Source of the DNA: Gracilinanus agilis
Taxonomy: Eukaryota
Length of the DNA stretch: 64,000 bases
Assembly (NCBI RefSeq): GCF_016433145.1
Contig: NC_058131.1
Location: 462,178,899-462,242,898 of the forward strand
Direction: 5' to 3'
The notes beneath the pieces were generated by a model that saw only the letters and a program-made list of their open reading frames with translations, ran no database searches and had not been told where the DNA came from. Position 1 is the stretch's first letter, and the number at the start of each line of letters is the position of its first letter. Shown here in pieces: positions 40,140 to 52,286 of the stretch. A program made the translations under genes and the position numbers.

Positions 40140-40269
40140 TTTTTTTTTAAAATAATTTTTTATTTTTTAGAAAAGTTATCCATGATTACATGATTCATGT
40201 TCTTACTTTCCCCTTCACCCCCTGACCTCCCCACCCTACCCACCCCATAGCTGATATGCATTTCCACTG
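40140..40269 (-). mobile_element. 5'-truncated L1 3' UTR insertion with 15-bp TSD
   Basis: T-rich tail at the left end and TSD TAAACCAATTAAGTC at 40125-40139 and 40270-40284. Confidence 0.8.
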
Positions 40270-40479
40270 TAAACCAATTAAGTCCTAAGGACTGTTTCAA
40301 TACTTTTTTTTTTTTAAACCCTTAACTTCTGTGTATTGGCTCCTTGGTGGAAGAGTGGTAAGGGTGGGCAATGGGGGTCAAGTGACTTGCCCAGGGTCAC
40401 ACAAACTTGAACCTAGGACCTCTCGTCTCTAGACCTGACTCTCAATCCACTGAGCTACCCAGCTGCCTCTGTTTCAATA

Positions 40480-41350
40480 CTTTTTAGAGAGATGACTACC
40501 CTAGCCTACAGGAAAAAGGACTGGTTGATATTCCACTTGCCACAGATGAGTTGTGATCTGAACCTTGGGAAGGTATACTCACATTTCTTATCAGCATGGA
40601 TCCTTCTAAGGGAAGACCCCCTTCATTTTCTTGCTGTCATGTCATGAAGACTCATATAGAGCATGCAGTCCACTAAAACCTCCCAGCTTTTTTTTCACAC
40701 AAACATCCAGTTCCGTTTCTCCCATACTTTAGTTGTGCAGCTGATTTTTTAACAGAGTCACAGTATAGGACTTTACATTTGTTCCTATTACATTTTCTCC
40801 TATAAGATTCAGCCCAATATTCAGCATATCAAGATCTTTTGAGATACTGATTCTTTTGTCTAATGTTAGGTATTCCTCCTAAATTTGTGTCATCTGAAAA
40901 TTTGATAAACCAACCAAAAATATTGAATGAGGCACTCCTACATAATCAAGGAGAGATCTTTGGGGTACCCCACTAAAGACTCCCATGTAAATGTTGTTCA
41001 TTATTCTTCAGATTTGCTAAGTCAAACAGTTCCAGAATCTGCTATTTGCACTATCATTTGGCATTTAGCATTCATTCTTCTTGCCCACAACATTTTCAAT
41101 TCATTGCTTCCTTCCCCCCATACTATATTTATGACCACATTAAAATCTTCAAAGAATTCAAACACAGGGAGTGACATATGGCCAATAAAAAGGAAATGAA
41201 TGATAAGAAAAGGACATGGGTGTGTATGAAGCATTAGATTTACCAGTTGAATAACTGGGTTAAACAAGAAACTAGTTTGGTGTGACTGATCTTGATAAGC
41301 GCATGCTGGCTCTGAGTGATCAACTGTTCCCTTCCTAAATAATTAAAAAA
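40480..41350 (-). mobile_element. CR1/L3 LINE remnant
   Basis: Reverse-strand CR1 RT-region motifs (aaatttgtgtcatctgaaaatttgat, tttggggtaccccacta). Another L3 piece lies at about 18290-18470 (+). Confidence 0.55.
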
Positions 41351-41429
41351 TATCCCCTTAGTAATATGTTCTAGATAAGCTTGGCCCCAAAAGAAAAGAT
41401 ATGAGAAAACACATCCTCTCTCTCCTTTT

Positions 41430-42420
41430 AAAAATTCATTTAAAAAATTCAATTTTATTTTCAGTTCCATATTTTCTTCTTCAGTCATTGAGAGGGCAAG
41501 AAATACAAAATACATTAAAATATGAAGCCGAAATGTAATTCTGTATTAGCCATGTTCTGGGGAGGGGAGGGGAACAAGAAAAGGAAGAAAGATTTTAAAA
41601 ATATATACTTCAATCTGCATTATATTCCATCAGTTCTATCTCTGGAGGCAGATAGCATTTTTCATCATGAATCCTTTGAAGCTGTGGTGGGCCATGGTGT
41701 TGATCAGAGTTATTAAGTTTTTCACAGTTGATTTTCTTTACAGAATTGCTGTTACTGTGTTAATTATTCTCCTGGTTCATTTCACTTTGCATCAGTTCAT
41801 GTCTTCCCTGGGTTCTTCTGAAACCATCACCTTCATATTATATAGCACAATAGCATTCCATCATATATACCATAATTCATTCAGACATTCCCCAATTGAT
41901 AGGCATCCCCTCAAACAAAAAGAGCTTCTATAAATACTTTTTGTACATATGGGCCCTCTTCCTTTTTATTTGATTTCTTTGGAATATAGAAGTAATGATG
42001 ATATTTCTGGTTCAAATGGTATGCAATTTGATAGCTTTTTTGGGCATAGTTCCAAATTGCTTTCCAGAACAGTTAGACTAGTTCATAGCTCTACCAAAAG
42101 AGCAGTAACTACTTTTGTACACTCCTTTTGGTATTTATCATTTTCCTTTATTATCATTTTAGCCAATCTGATGGGTGTAGGGTGATTCCTCAAAGTTATT
42201 TTAATTTGCATTTCTCTAATTATTAGTGATTTAGACTTTTTTTAAAATAAAGCTATTGATAACTTTGATTTCTTTTTCTGAAAACTGCCTGTTTATATCC
42301 CTTGGCCGCTTATCACCTGGAGAATGGATATTATTCTTATAAATTTGGCTTAACTATCTTATATATTTGAGAAATTAGACTTTTTTCAGAGAAACAATAT
42401 TTTTTCCCCTCAGTTCCTTG
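41430..42420 (-). mobile_element. L1 3' end fragment
   Basis: Reverse-strand L1 ORF2 end/3' UTR motifs (ttctccaattgataggcatcccc-like, ttttaatttgcatttctcta), similar to the other L1 pieces in the window. Confidence 0.75.
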
Positions 42421-45400
42421 CTTTTCTTCTCATTTTAGCTACTTGAGTTTTGGGAAAGCAAGTATTCCAATTTGTTTGGAAAGATAGGAATAGTGTTATA
42501 TAAGGGTAGAAAAGTGAATTAGAACCATAATATGGACAGCCTCAAATGTCAGATGTCATTTGGATTTCATTTGGTAAACAATGGAGATTTTCTGAAGATA
42601 TTTGAGCAATGGAGTTATATGATCAGTTATGCATAAAATATTAAAGTATAGCTATTCTATGATTATTTCCCATTATATTCATGGTTATTTGGGGGTAAAG
42701 GTTGGAGAATGGGAAGCTGGAGTTTCCCAACCATTTATCTTCCTTTATAGAATAAGGGCAATCCCAAGGAATGTACTATGAGAAGAGCAGGGTAGGTCTT
42801 CTAAAAGGGGACCTGCTTGCTAATAGCTGCACAGTCTTCTTAGATTAAGAGGACAGGGATGGAAAGCCCTTTGGTGAATGATAGCCAGAGTATTAGTAAT
42901 TACAACTTCTAGGGTTAGAATACATGGTGTACAAATTCATTTTGAAGCAAGAGATTCTGATTCTATAAATTGAGTTTACTGCTCCTTGATCAGAGATAAA
43001 CCACAGTCTTGGTCTTGATGATTATTCCTTTCTCTTAGATCCTGATCTTAATATTTCCAATCCATTTTATTTCAGTCATAACTAAGATTTTTTAAACTGA
43101 GGCAAAAACTGTTGGGAGATCAGGGTGTGGTGTTTTCATAGATGGCTGATCACAGGTATAGTCAGGCCAAGAGAGGGCATGGCCCATCTCCCAGATGCTT
43201 TCTTTCTCAAGGTAGACTTTAGGAAAAGGGCCCTATGAGGAGATTCTGGGAGTGGCAGCTTGGATATGGTTGACCTATACCAGCAGAGTACTGCAAGGAA
43301 AAGTGTAAGAGGGGTGATCATTGTGGTATGGAATTATGCCCCATCCCCAATGTTGATTCCCAGAGGCAAATCTGTGATTACCACTCCCACTCCCCACCCT
43401 CACATGCACATTATGTAATTATAATTAGTAATTATGGCTTTTTTTTTTGCTTTAAACCATCAAAGTTTGAACAGAGACTTAGAATTCCTTCATTTTCATT
43501 TACTCAAACACTTCTTCCCCATGGATAAAATGGGGTGCAACCAATTCATTCCATTTTGTGATATGATGGTTTCTTATATTAGCTACATTCCTTCATTCCA
43601 GTGTACTGAACCCAAGTGAGCAAAAGTCAAGAACTACAAGCTACTAATATACTCTTTGAAAGACTGTAATCTACATAGTCATTATATGACAAATTGGTCA
43701 TTTTGCTTTTGGATGGCTCAGTTATAGATTTTTTTTTGTTCCTTTTTCTTTCTACTTTTCTCATTCTTCTGACCTTCACTATATTTATTTCTCTCTCTGC
43801 TCCTGCCTGGCTTTACAAAACATTCCCATATCAAAAACAAGGTGCTTAATTCTGTTTTCCTGACTATTAATCCATTTGAATATTTAAAATGTGTGTGTGT
43901 GTGCGCACACCTGCACGCGCAAAAGGGTGGGAATCAATTGAATCAATAAATTATCCCTTCATTTTAGAATTAGTATGCTATGACCTTGTGCCTTTGTCTG
44001 GTAAGGAAAAACAAATCATTAATTCATTCAAAGGAATGAACAAGGTATAGACATCAACCAATCAATCATAGACTTTAGTCTATGTGCAGAAAAATCTTTG
44101 ACCAGTTTAGATGTCCTTGAAAGCTAGGAGATAAATTGAAATGATGTTACACAGGAATCGTGTTCAGATTGGTTGAGGAAATTTGGTCACATCTTGTTGG
44201 TTTTGTATAAATAGCAGAACACTTTGGAAACTAGGAATTTGAGCAACTAGCAGCTTGGTGGTAGAAGACCCTAGCTATGTTCCTGAGAAGGAATTTTTTG
44301 AAGTGGAGGGAAAGATAGGAAGGAGAACAGAAGAGTCCTGATCTTGGACCCTGACTCTTCCCCTGCCCCTTCCCAGGAGAGAATAACTCATGAATTTCAG
44401 TTGGCTGGAAAATTTGAACTTTTTTCATTGGCTTCCTAGTCCTCATGGTATCCCCAGAACAGCTGGTACAATTTCTATATTAAGAGAGGAAAATATACAC
44501 AACACACTGAGGAAAGGCAGTTTCAAGACTCTACAAGAAGCTCAGCAGAAATCTACCACCATATCTAAGGAAAATGTGTTGAGGACTCCTACAAAAGGAC
44601 CTCCAGAAGCTTTGAGTTGTAACATTTGCCACACGTGCTCCATGCCCTACTCCATTTTCCTTAGATTCTATATAGACATGGGGGGGGGGGTTTGTACCAA
44701 TTATACTTCCATAATAAATATCCCATTCTCAAAGCTAATTATGTCTAGGTGATTGATATCACTGATAATCATGGAAAACATACTAGTCAAGACTTATGAC
44801 TTATAGCATTAGAAAACTACTTTGAAACCTCCCCGGCTATGCCTAGATCTTGAAGGGAAATGTAGCAGTTGAGCCAGGTTTCCGGGTTGGGATAGTAGTT
44901 CCAGGGTCACCCCCTTTCTGTGTATGTATGTATGTATATATGTGTGTACACTTGTGTGTATATATAATCAATGCTATATGCATTGTATTCTTTGAATGAT
45001 GATAACTGTAATGATGATGGCAGTGTTCCCTACCTGGAGTCCCCTTGTGAAGATGAGAGAACAAGTGACAATGTGGGTCCTGAAGACTGGCTTCCCCAAT
45101 TCATTAGAAGTTCCCAATAAAGAGAAACAGATTGGTGCAAAAAGAAGGAAGTTGTGGGACCATTGGACCATTATACAGTATCCCAGCATTCCTCCAGTTC
45201 CTTTTCTTTGACTTTGTGTCTGCTGCTGCTTTGGGGGTAAGGACTCCAAAGAGATGCTGCCTACTTTTTTGCTGCTTTGCTTTTACAATGAGAACCTACA
45301 GAAAGGTCATGTGGGTGATGGCCATGGATTGCTGTCACTGTGAAGCCACGGAGAAGCTGAGGTCAGACTGGGGATTCACAGCAGCCAGTCAAGGACCAGA

Positions 45401-47055
45401 ATGTGAACATAATGGAGAGGTAAGTCTAGACCAGGTGGCAGGCTAGGACAGCTTCCACAATCCTCAGTGAATGGTGAGGTCAGAAAACTGATCTGACTTC
45501 GAAAATTCCCTCTGATTTTTCCCTTAATTTCACTGTTCTAGTCCATAACCTTAGATTTGCATCTTGGGCACCAGCATCAATCCCCTTCTTCTCTTTCCAC
45601 AATCTATGAGAAGAATCTGATATAAGATCAAACGAAGGGTCCCTATAGGAACACAGTCTACTTATTTTTCATTTTCTTCTGTTAAATAAACTAGGTATCT
45701 AAAGAAAGCTGAGTGCCTATGTAGCAGAGGCTCATACCTAGCTCAAACTAAGCTAGGAAATTTCCCAGATGTGAAGATGGGGGCTCTAGAGCTACAGATA
45801 TTCCTATCATTTTTTATCTCAAGTAATATTTTATATCAGCCCCTAGGCTAGAATTGGGAGCCCTGTTAATGAGAGTTTCTTTCCTGTTCATTTAAACCTA
45901 TGTGATCTGTTTAGGGTAGGAGGCTTCTGTATACATACAGGAAGGCATCTCTTTTACATGTCCAGTCAAATCAACTAATATTTATTAAGCTCCTACTATG
46001 TGCTAGGCACCCAGCTAGAGATAATGAAGAAAGGCAAAAAACCTAACACAAAAACCAGTCCTTGCTCTCAAGGAATTCAGTCTAGTGGGAGAGACAACAT
46101 TCAGACAATGATCATAAACAAGACATAAATATGAAAGGCAGCTAGGTAGCAGAGTAGGGAGAGTGATAGGCTTGGAGACAGGAAGTTCTGGCTTCAAACC
46201 TGACCTCAGACACTTCCTAGATGTGTGACCCTGAGCAAGTCACTTAACCTCCATTGTCTAGCCCTTACCACTCTTGTGCTTTGGAATAGATATTTTGTAT
46301 CAATTCTAAGAGAGAAGATAAGGTTTTTATTTTTTTTTTAAGACATACAGTTCACTTTGGTGATAGTAGTAATATACCCTTCCAGAAGTTCTCTACTCCA
46401 AGATGTGAATCTCTAGGCTTCCTGCCTTAAAAACCAGAAGGCAACAGGGAATTGTGAAGAACTTCCCCAAAAATAACTCCCCCAAGCCCCACTAGCTCAC
46501 AGACTTCCCTTCTTGTAAAAACAATATGAACCACACTGTTCTGGAAGTGGACAGTTTGGCTCTAAGGTGAAGAAGAAAGAAGTGGGCAAGACAGACACGA
46601 TTGTGGAAATGCTCCACCATGATCCTCATGGGGATCATGGACTACATATGCACTTAGAGTCTCCATACATTCAAAACTATTCTTCCTATCAGTGATTAGT
46701 TTGGAAGAGGTAGTTGTACAAGAATTAGCACAAATTCTTCACCAGATACTGTAAGAAATGGCAGGACAGGGGCAGCTAGGTGTGTCACAGTGGATAGAGT
46801 CAGGTGGACTTGGATTCAAATTTGACCTCAGATACTTTCTAGCTGTGACCCTGAGAAAGTCACTTAACCCCAATTGCCTAGTCATTACTGTTCTTCTGCC
46901 TTAGAATAGATACTTCTATCGATTCTAAGACACAAGGTAAGGATTTTTTTTTTTTAATGGTAGGATAGTGATAGCAAGAAACAGCTAGACAAAACCTTCA
47001 GGTTTCTGAGTTATTCCCTATACTCAGAGTTACCTCCTCCATTCAAGGAAGAATT

Positions 47056-47500
47056 CTTATCTAATGAAAATCCAGGTAAATGGTGACAATATGGTGGAGA
47101 AACCAAAACATCAAGTACAAGTATTTTGTTTGGGCAGGATGAGGTGACTGATGCCATTGGGGTGACCAAGCACAAGGGTTACAAAGTCATCACCAGCTGC
47201 TGACACACCAAGAGGCCGCTCCATTAAACCCACCCAGTCCTGCAAAAAATGGCTTGTATTTGGAGCTTGGTTCCTGCCTGTGTGGCATCCTCTGTGGATT
47301 GGGCTGGTCAGGAGTATTTTTACCACACTGACATCAACAAGATCTACAAGATTGGCCAAGGCTAATATCAGGGATGGTGAACCAATTTAAAAAAATAATG
47401 CACCCACCAATTCTGCTCTCTCTGATAAGAGCATTGACTCTCTGGGAAAATTTGTTCACTATGATAGACTATCATGCTTAAAGGTTTGGAGTCAAGAAGT
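47056..47500 (+). pseudogene. RPL3: RPL3 processed pseudogene fragment
   Basis: Conceptual translation gives YLMKIQVNGDNMVEKP...[59 protein letters not shown]...TDINKIYKIGQG*...KNNAPTNSALSDKSIDSLGKFVHY. This matches the central part of RPL3, with several stops (e.g. TGA 47201-47203), frameshifts and no introns. Confidence 0.9.
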
Positions 47501-49003
47501 TTGTTCTATCTAATGGTAGTTCCTGCTAGTACAGAAAAAATGTCATGAGATTTTCATTTTTTATTTTTTCAGTTGCATATAGAAATAATTTTTGACAACC
47601 TTTTCCCTGACATTTAAGATTTCAGATTTTCTCCCTCCCTTCCTCTGCCTCCTTGAGGTGGTATATAGTCTGATAAAGGTTATGTTGGTACTTTCATGCA
47701 ATACATATTACTGTATTGCTCATATTGTGATAGAAGACACATATTATACATACAATAAAAATCTCATGAAGAAAATAAAGTGGGTGATGCATGCCCTAGA
47801 GATTTGACTTGAAGTTCATCAATACCACTTCCAAATTTGGCCATGGCTGCTTTCATATCATAGTGAAGAGTAAAAAATTAATGAGACTACTCAAGAACTG
47901 AGCTGTCAAAGGAAAGACTGTTTCCAGGCTAACTTGGAGCTAGTGAACTCTCAGTAAAATTTGAATTTTTTTCTTTAAAGGATGAGAAAAAGGGTACTAG
48001 AGGTTAAGTGATTTGCCCATGATTACACAGCTACCATGTATTAGAGGCTTAATTTTATAGCTGAGGAAACTTTCCAAGAGAGTTCACCTCTCTTTGTTCT
48101 TTGCTCAAGGGCATACAACCAATTTAATGTCATTTCTCCTAACATCCATTTTCATGGAATCAATTAACTTTGTGAAGGGGAGTATCCTTGCATATTTTGT
48201 TATATGCTTTGATTCATTCAAGAACTATTTGAGGACATTTTGGAACTTATAGGATATTTTGATGATTTATAAGGCCATGGGGTAGAATAGTTGACATGGG
48301 AAGTTACCCAACTTTTCAGTTAAAAGTGGCAGAGTATCTCAGTAGATAGAGTGTGGAGCTAGAAAGATCTAAGTTCCATTCCAGCCTCAGACACTTTGCA
48401 AACTGAATGACCTTGGGCAAGTCACTTAACCTCTTTTTGCATCAGTTTCCTCAACAGTAAAGATAATGATAATCCCAGGACTGTCATGAGTATCAAATGA
48501 GATAATATTTGTAAAGTGGTTAATAAGTACTTATTTCCTCTCTTTCTAAAGTCTGATTCCAACATCTAATAACGACACAGAGCCCCTTGATTCCTAAAGG
48601 CTCAGACAGCTGTACATTAGGTATGGTGAATAACCAACCTAGAAAGGCTTAGTGGTAGCCTATATGAGTGAGGACTGACCAGCCTAGAGAGGAATGGACA
48701 AAGCCCATAGATTTGTGAACTTTGGGGCCTCAGAAATTCTCAGTTATAAAACGATCTAATTTTGCATTGGCTAAGAGAGTACTAATACAATAGTAATAAC
48801 TGATCTTTGCAGTGAAGTAATATTCATTACGATGTGATGGGCTCTCAGTTAATGCCCTTGGAAATTGTTGTACCCCACGAATACAGGTGGGAGTCAATGC
48901 TTCAGCAATGCCATCGCTTTCATCCCTCTTTCTTCCTCATTAGACCTTGGGGGCTCTGGTTTCCCAAGGCAGGACAGAGACTGAATTATTCACGTAGACC
49001 TAG

Positions 49004-49103
49004 AGATAACAAATCAACCCAGTCCAGGTTGCCAAGCAGGGCAGGGTGGGGCAGGTGCTTTGTTTAGAGGCTATAAATAGCTGGCACTTACTCAGATTAC
49101 TCC
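49004..49103 (+). promoter_or_regulatory. GPX2: GPX2 proximal promoter motif cluster
   Basis: AGATAA (GATA) at 49004-49009, GGGTGGGGC (KLF/Sp) at 49044-49052, TGTTTA (forkhead) at 49061-49066, TATAAA at 49072-49077 and an Inr-like TTACTCC at 49097-49103. Function is inferred from motifs and position only. Confidence 0.5.
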
Positions 49104-49123
49104 TACAGGTATAAGATTATTTG

Positions 49124-49134
49124 TGCTAAGTCAT
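49124..49134 (-). promoter_or_regulatory. GPX2: Antioxidant response element (Nrf2/small Maf) in the GPX2 promoter
   Basis: The + strand TGCTAAGTCAT reads ATGACTTAGCA on the minus strand, a full ARE (RTGACnnnGCA), 145-155 nt upstream of the ATG. GPX2 is an established Nrf2 target with a proximal ARE. Confidence 0.8.
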
Positions 49135-49278
49135 TCTGAGAACATTCAGAAGTTCAAACCAGACAGACGCTCCCTTTTTTCTTGCTCCTCCTCCCCTTCT
49201 GCCTTTCTGCCCTCCCTACCCTCCATAGGCCCTTAAGTAGGCTCCATACTCACCCAGGAGCCATTCTGCTCTCTCACC

Positions 49279-49500
49279 ATGGCTCACATCGCCAAATCTT
49301 TCTATGACCTCAGTGCTACCAGCCTGGAAGGGGAGAGGATTGATTTCAACACTTTCCGGGGTCGGGCAGTGCTTATCGAGAATGTGGCATCCCTCTGAGG
49401 CACGACCACCCGGGACTACACCCAGCTCAATGAGTTGCAGTGCCGCTTCCCAAGGCGCCTTGTGATACTTGGCTTCCCCTGCAACCAGTTTGGGCATCAG
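49279..49500 (+). CDS. GPX2: GPX2 exon 1, including in-frame UGA selenocysteine codon 40 (49396-49398)
   Basis: CACCATGG Kozak context. Encodes [74 protein letters not shown], followed by a GTGAGG donor. NVASLUG and FPCNQFG are glutathione peroxidase signatures. Confidence 0.98.
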
Positions 49501-51621
49501 GTGAGGGCTACCTGGCAGGATGCCCATGAAGTGGGACTCGCCTCCTGCTTCCTTTCTCCAGGGAAATGATATGTGTGTGTGTTTGGGGAGGGGGTCTGGC
49601 AGCTTGGGATGGGAGGATTGAGATGAATTAGTGAGGCATGTTCCACAACCTTAATCATATTGATGTCTCTGGGTAACTGGGTTGGTGTACCAAAAAAGCC
49701 CAGGGCACTAAAAGGTAGTTTATGGAGTCACTGACTACGTCCTCAATGACTACTCAATGGATGACTGAAAATGGGAAGAAAACTGAATTGGACTGATCGG
49801 TTTCTGGAATCTTATGTTAGATTTACCTTTATCTAGCTGTGTGACATTGAACTTGGTCACAAGCTTTTTGAGTCTCAATTTCTTCATCTATAAAATGGGA
49901 AACAATAATAGCGGAGTTTTTATGATAATGTATGTAAACTCAGCTTGAAAAATATCAAGTACTATACAAAAGCCAGTTACGATCATTTATACTGAATGCT
50001 TGTCAATAGCCAGGTCTACAGTGGGTCAAGGGGCCATGTGTGGAGTGTACAAACTCATCTAAGGACATTGCATTCTCTGTCTCTGCAAGTGAGCCAGTTG
50101 GAGATGATCTGGCCTCTGTTTTAGCTGTCTTTTAAGGGTTTCTATTATTTTTTATGCATGTTTCTCCGAGGGAAAGTAGCCAAGACCTTCAGCAATTCCA
50201 GATGTAGTGATGTAAAAGGCAAGGAAGCCAGAGGGGCAAGTCAAAGAGGATTGGCTCAGGCCAACAGTCAACATCTATGCCATGTTAACAACTGTAGCTT
50301 TCCTCTCCAGACTGACCATTGTAGCAGGAATAAGCCAGAGCCAAATGCTGCTGCTTCCTTCAGTGCCACTCCATCATTCCTCTGGAGTGAGCAGCTGGAA
50401 GGAGCCCATGACAGGGAAGCAATTAATTAGACATTAACATAAGAGATAAGAGGTCTCATGGTAATTAACTTGGGATAAATGATGGGGATATGGTTCTGAT
50501 CTAACTGTACTAATTGGCTCTAGTGGGGCAGAGAAAAGGGCTTTTTCTAATAGCGTGGCTCCTAGGCTAGTGAGAAGGAGAAACAAGATGTTTATGCTTT
50601 GATGGGAAGAATACATCCCAAGATTCCATAGTATCATTGACTCAGGGCTTTATAATATTGGCTGAGGATGAGGATGGTGTCTGTGTGAGCATAGGCATAC
50701 TAAGATACATCTGTAGCTAAACTCGGGGGTGATGAACCCTAGATGGCTGCTATTCTCCAAAGTTGGGGTCACAGCTAACATTTAATCAGAAAGGGTCATA
50801 CGATATCCATATTATTTCACTTTCTACTTGCTCTCTCCATCCAACACACATTTAGTTAAGTATCTTCTGTCTCATTAACCCATCCCATCTCTGGTGGAAA
50901 ATAAACAAATCAGTTTGGAGGTGACTCATTCATTCCCTTTGTCCTACTATTACTTTGTGAAGAGTGAGACATGAGAAAAGCCCTTTCATGTAAGATTTGT
51001 TCCCATCAGAGTTTTCTTCTCTCAGTTCAGTTTTAGAACAGAGGGTTGGAGCAAGAAACTAGAAATCCTATTTCTTGAAAATCCTCTTCCTGTCAGCATG
51101 TAGAGATTATTGGGGCAGGGGAAGAGCCTTACTTACAAATGAAAGGCCACAGTAGTAGGAGGGGACGGGGAAGGCAATATCAAGATCTTTTGTGTAGTTC
51201 CTGAGCCACAGACTGATCTGAAACCTCCTTTCCCTCTTCTCCCCTCCTTTTCTTAAGCATAAAGTCCCAGCAGCTGCTCAGGGTAGACTATACACCCAGG
51301 TGTAGCTAAAGAGTTGCCTCATTCAGTGAAGGGTCAGTCAAGACAGGATTTGTAAAAGTTCAAAGGATTAAAAAAAAATAATGGGTTTAAAGAAAGGTAT
51401 AGTACTAATGTGAGGCAAAAATCCCAAATTAAGGGTGGGAAGAAGGGAGAAGGTAGGGAGGATGAAAATACAAAGGTAGGGGCAAAGATGAGAGAAGGAA
51501 GAAAGGTAAAAGGAGAAGAGAGAATATGATTGGTAAGCACAAGATGATTTGAAATGTTGACATGATCTTTTTCCTCCGATCCTCCTTTCCATTTCCACCT
51601 TTTTCTTTTTCCTTCCCCTAG

Positions 51622-51972
51622 GAAAATTGTCAGAATGAAGAGATCCTGAACAGTCTCAAGTATGTCCGCCCTGGGTCTGGCTTCCAGCCCAACTTTGTTC
51701 TTGTCCAAAAGTGTGAGGTGAATGGACAGAATGAGCATCCCGTCTTTGCCTACCTAAAGGATAAACTCCCCTACCCTGATGATGACCCATTCTCCCTCAT
51801 GACAGACCCCAAGCACATCATATGGAGTCCTGTGCGGCGCTCAGATATTGCCTGGAACTTTGAGAAGTTCCTCGTGGGGCCTGAGGGTGAGCCCTTTCGC
51901 CGATATAGCCGATCTTTCCAAACCATCAATATTGAACCCGACATCAAGCGTCTCCTCAAAGTTGCCATATAG
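51622..51972 (+). CDS. GPX2: GPX2 exon 2 coding part (116 aa + stop; total protein 190 aa)
   Basis: Long pyrimidine tract plus TAG acceptor ending at 51621. Encodes [18 protein letters not shown]...[42 protein letters not shown] then TAG. The WNFEKFL motif and the length match GPX2. Confidence 0.98.
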   Translation, partial: ENCQNEEILNSLKYVRPGSGFQPNFVLVQKCEVNGQNEHPVFAYLKDKLPYPDDDPFSLMTDPKHIIWSPVRRSDIAWNFEKFLVGPEGEPFRRYSRSFQTINIEPDIKRLLKVAI

Positions 51973-52185
51973 ATGAGTTTTTCAGTATGTACCCCCAGGT
52001 CCCATTTATTCCAATCTTAAGAGTTCCTTTTTTCCAGGGTCTAGCATCTCTCCAAGATCTGCTAGACTCAGAAGATGCTCAAGATCAATACCATTCATTG
52101 AACATTCTTTTCTTATCCACCTGTCTCCTTATGGCTCCCCAATACTTCTGTTGTCGATGTGAGTCAGGGCTCCAAAGTCTGGGTT

Positions 52186-52258
52186 GGCTCTTCACAGGAT
52201 GATGGTATCTTCTTAAACCCTTGAGGGGGAATGAGATGCTTGAGAGTCGTGAAGAGCC
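52186..52258 (+). promoter_or_regulatory. GPX2: SECIS element in the GPX2 3' UTR
   Basis: Helix I is GGCTCTTCAC/GTGAAGAGCC (10 perfect pairs). The core is ATGA(T) at 52199-52203 opposite TGAG at 52241-52244. Helix II is GGTATCT/AGATGCT. There is an unpaired AAA at 52215-52217 and a CCC-ttga-GGG mini-stem, giving a type-II-like fold. Confidence 0.95.
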
Positions 52259-52280
52259 TAATTCTAGCCTATGTGAATCC

Positions 52281-52286
52281 AATAAA
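52281..52286 (+). terminator. GPX2: GPX2 polyadenylation signal AATAAA
   Basis: Canonical AATAAA about 22 nt after the SECIS and about 310 nt after the stop codon. Confidence 0.85.

Noticed and set aside
47111-47359. 82-aa minus-strand ORF
   Set aside because: Antisense shadow of the RPL3 pseudogene.
49216-49527. 103-aa minus-strand ORF, and similar ORFs at 51334-51738 and 51771-51968
   Set aside because: Antisense to GPX2 exons or the pyrimidine tract, with no independent protein features.
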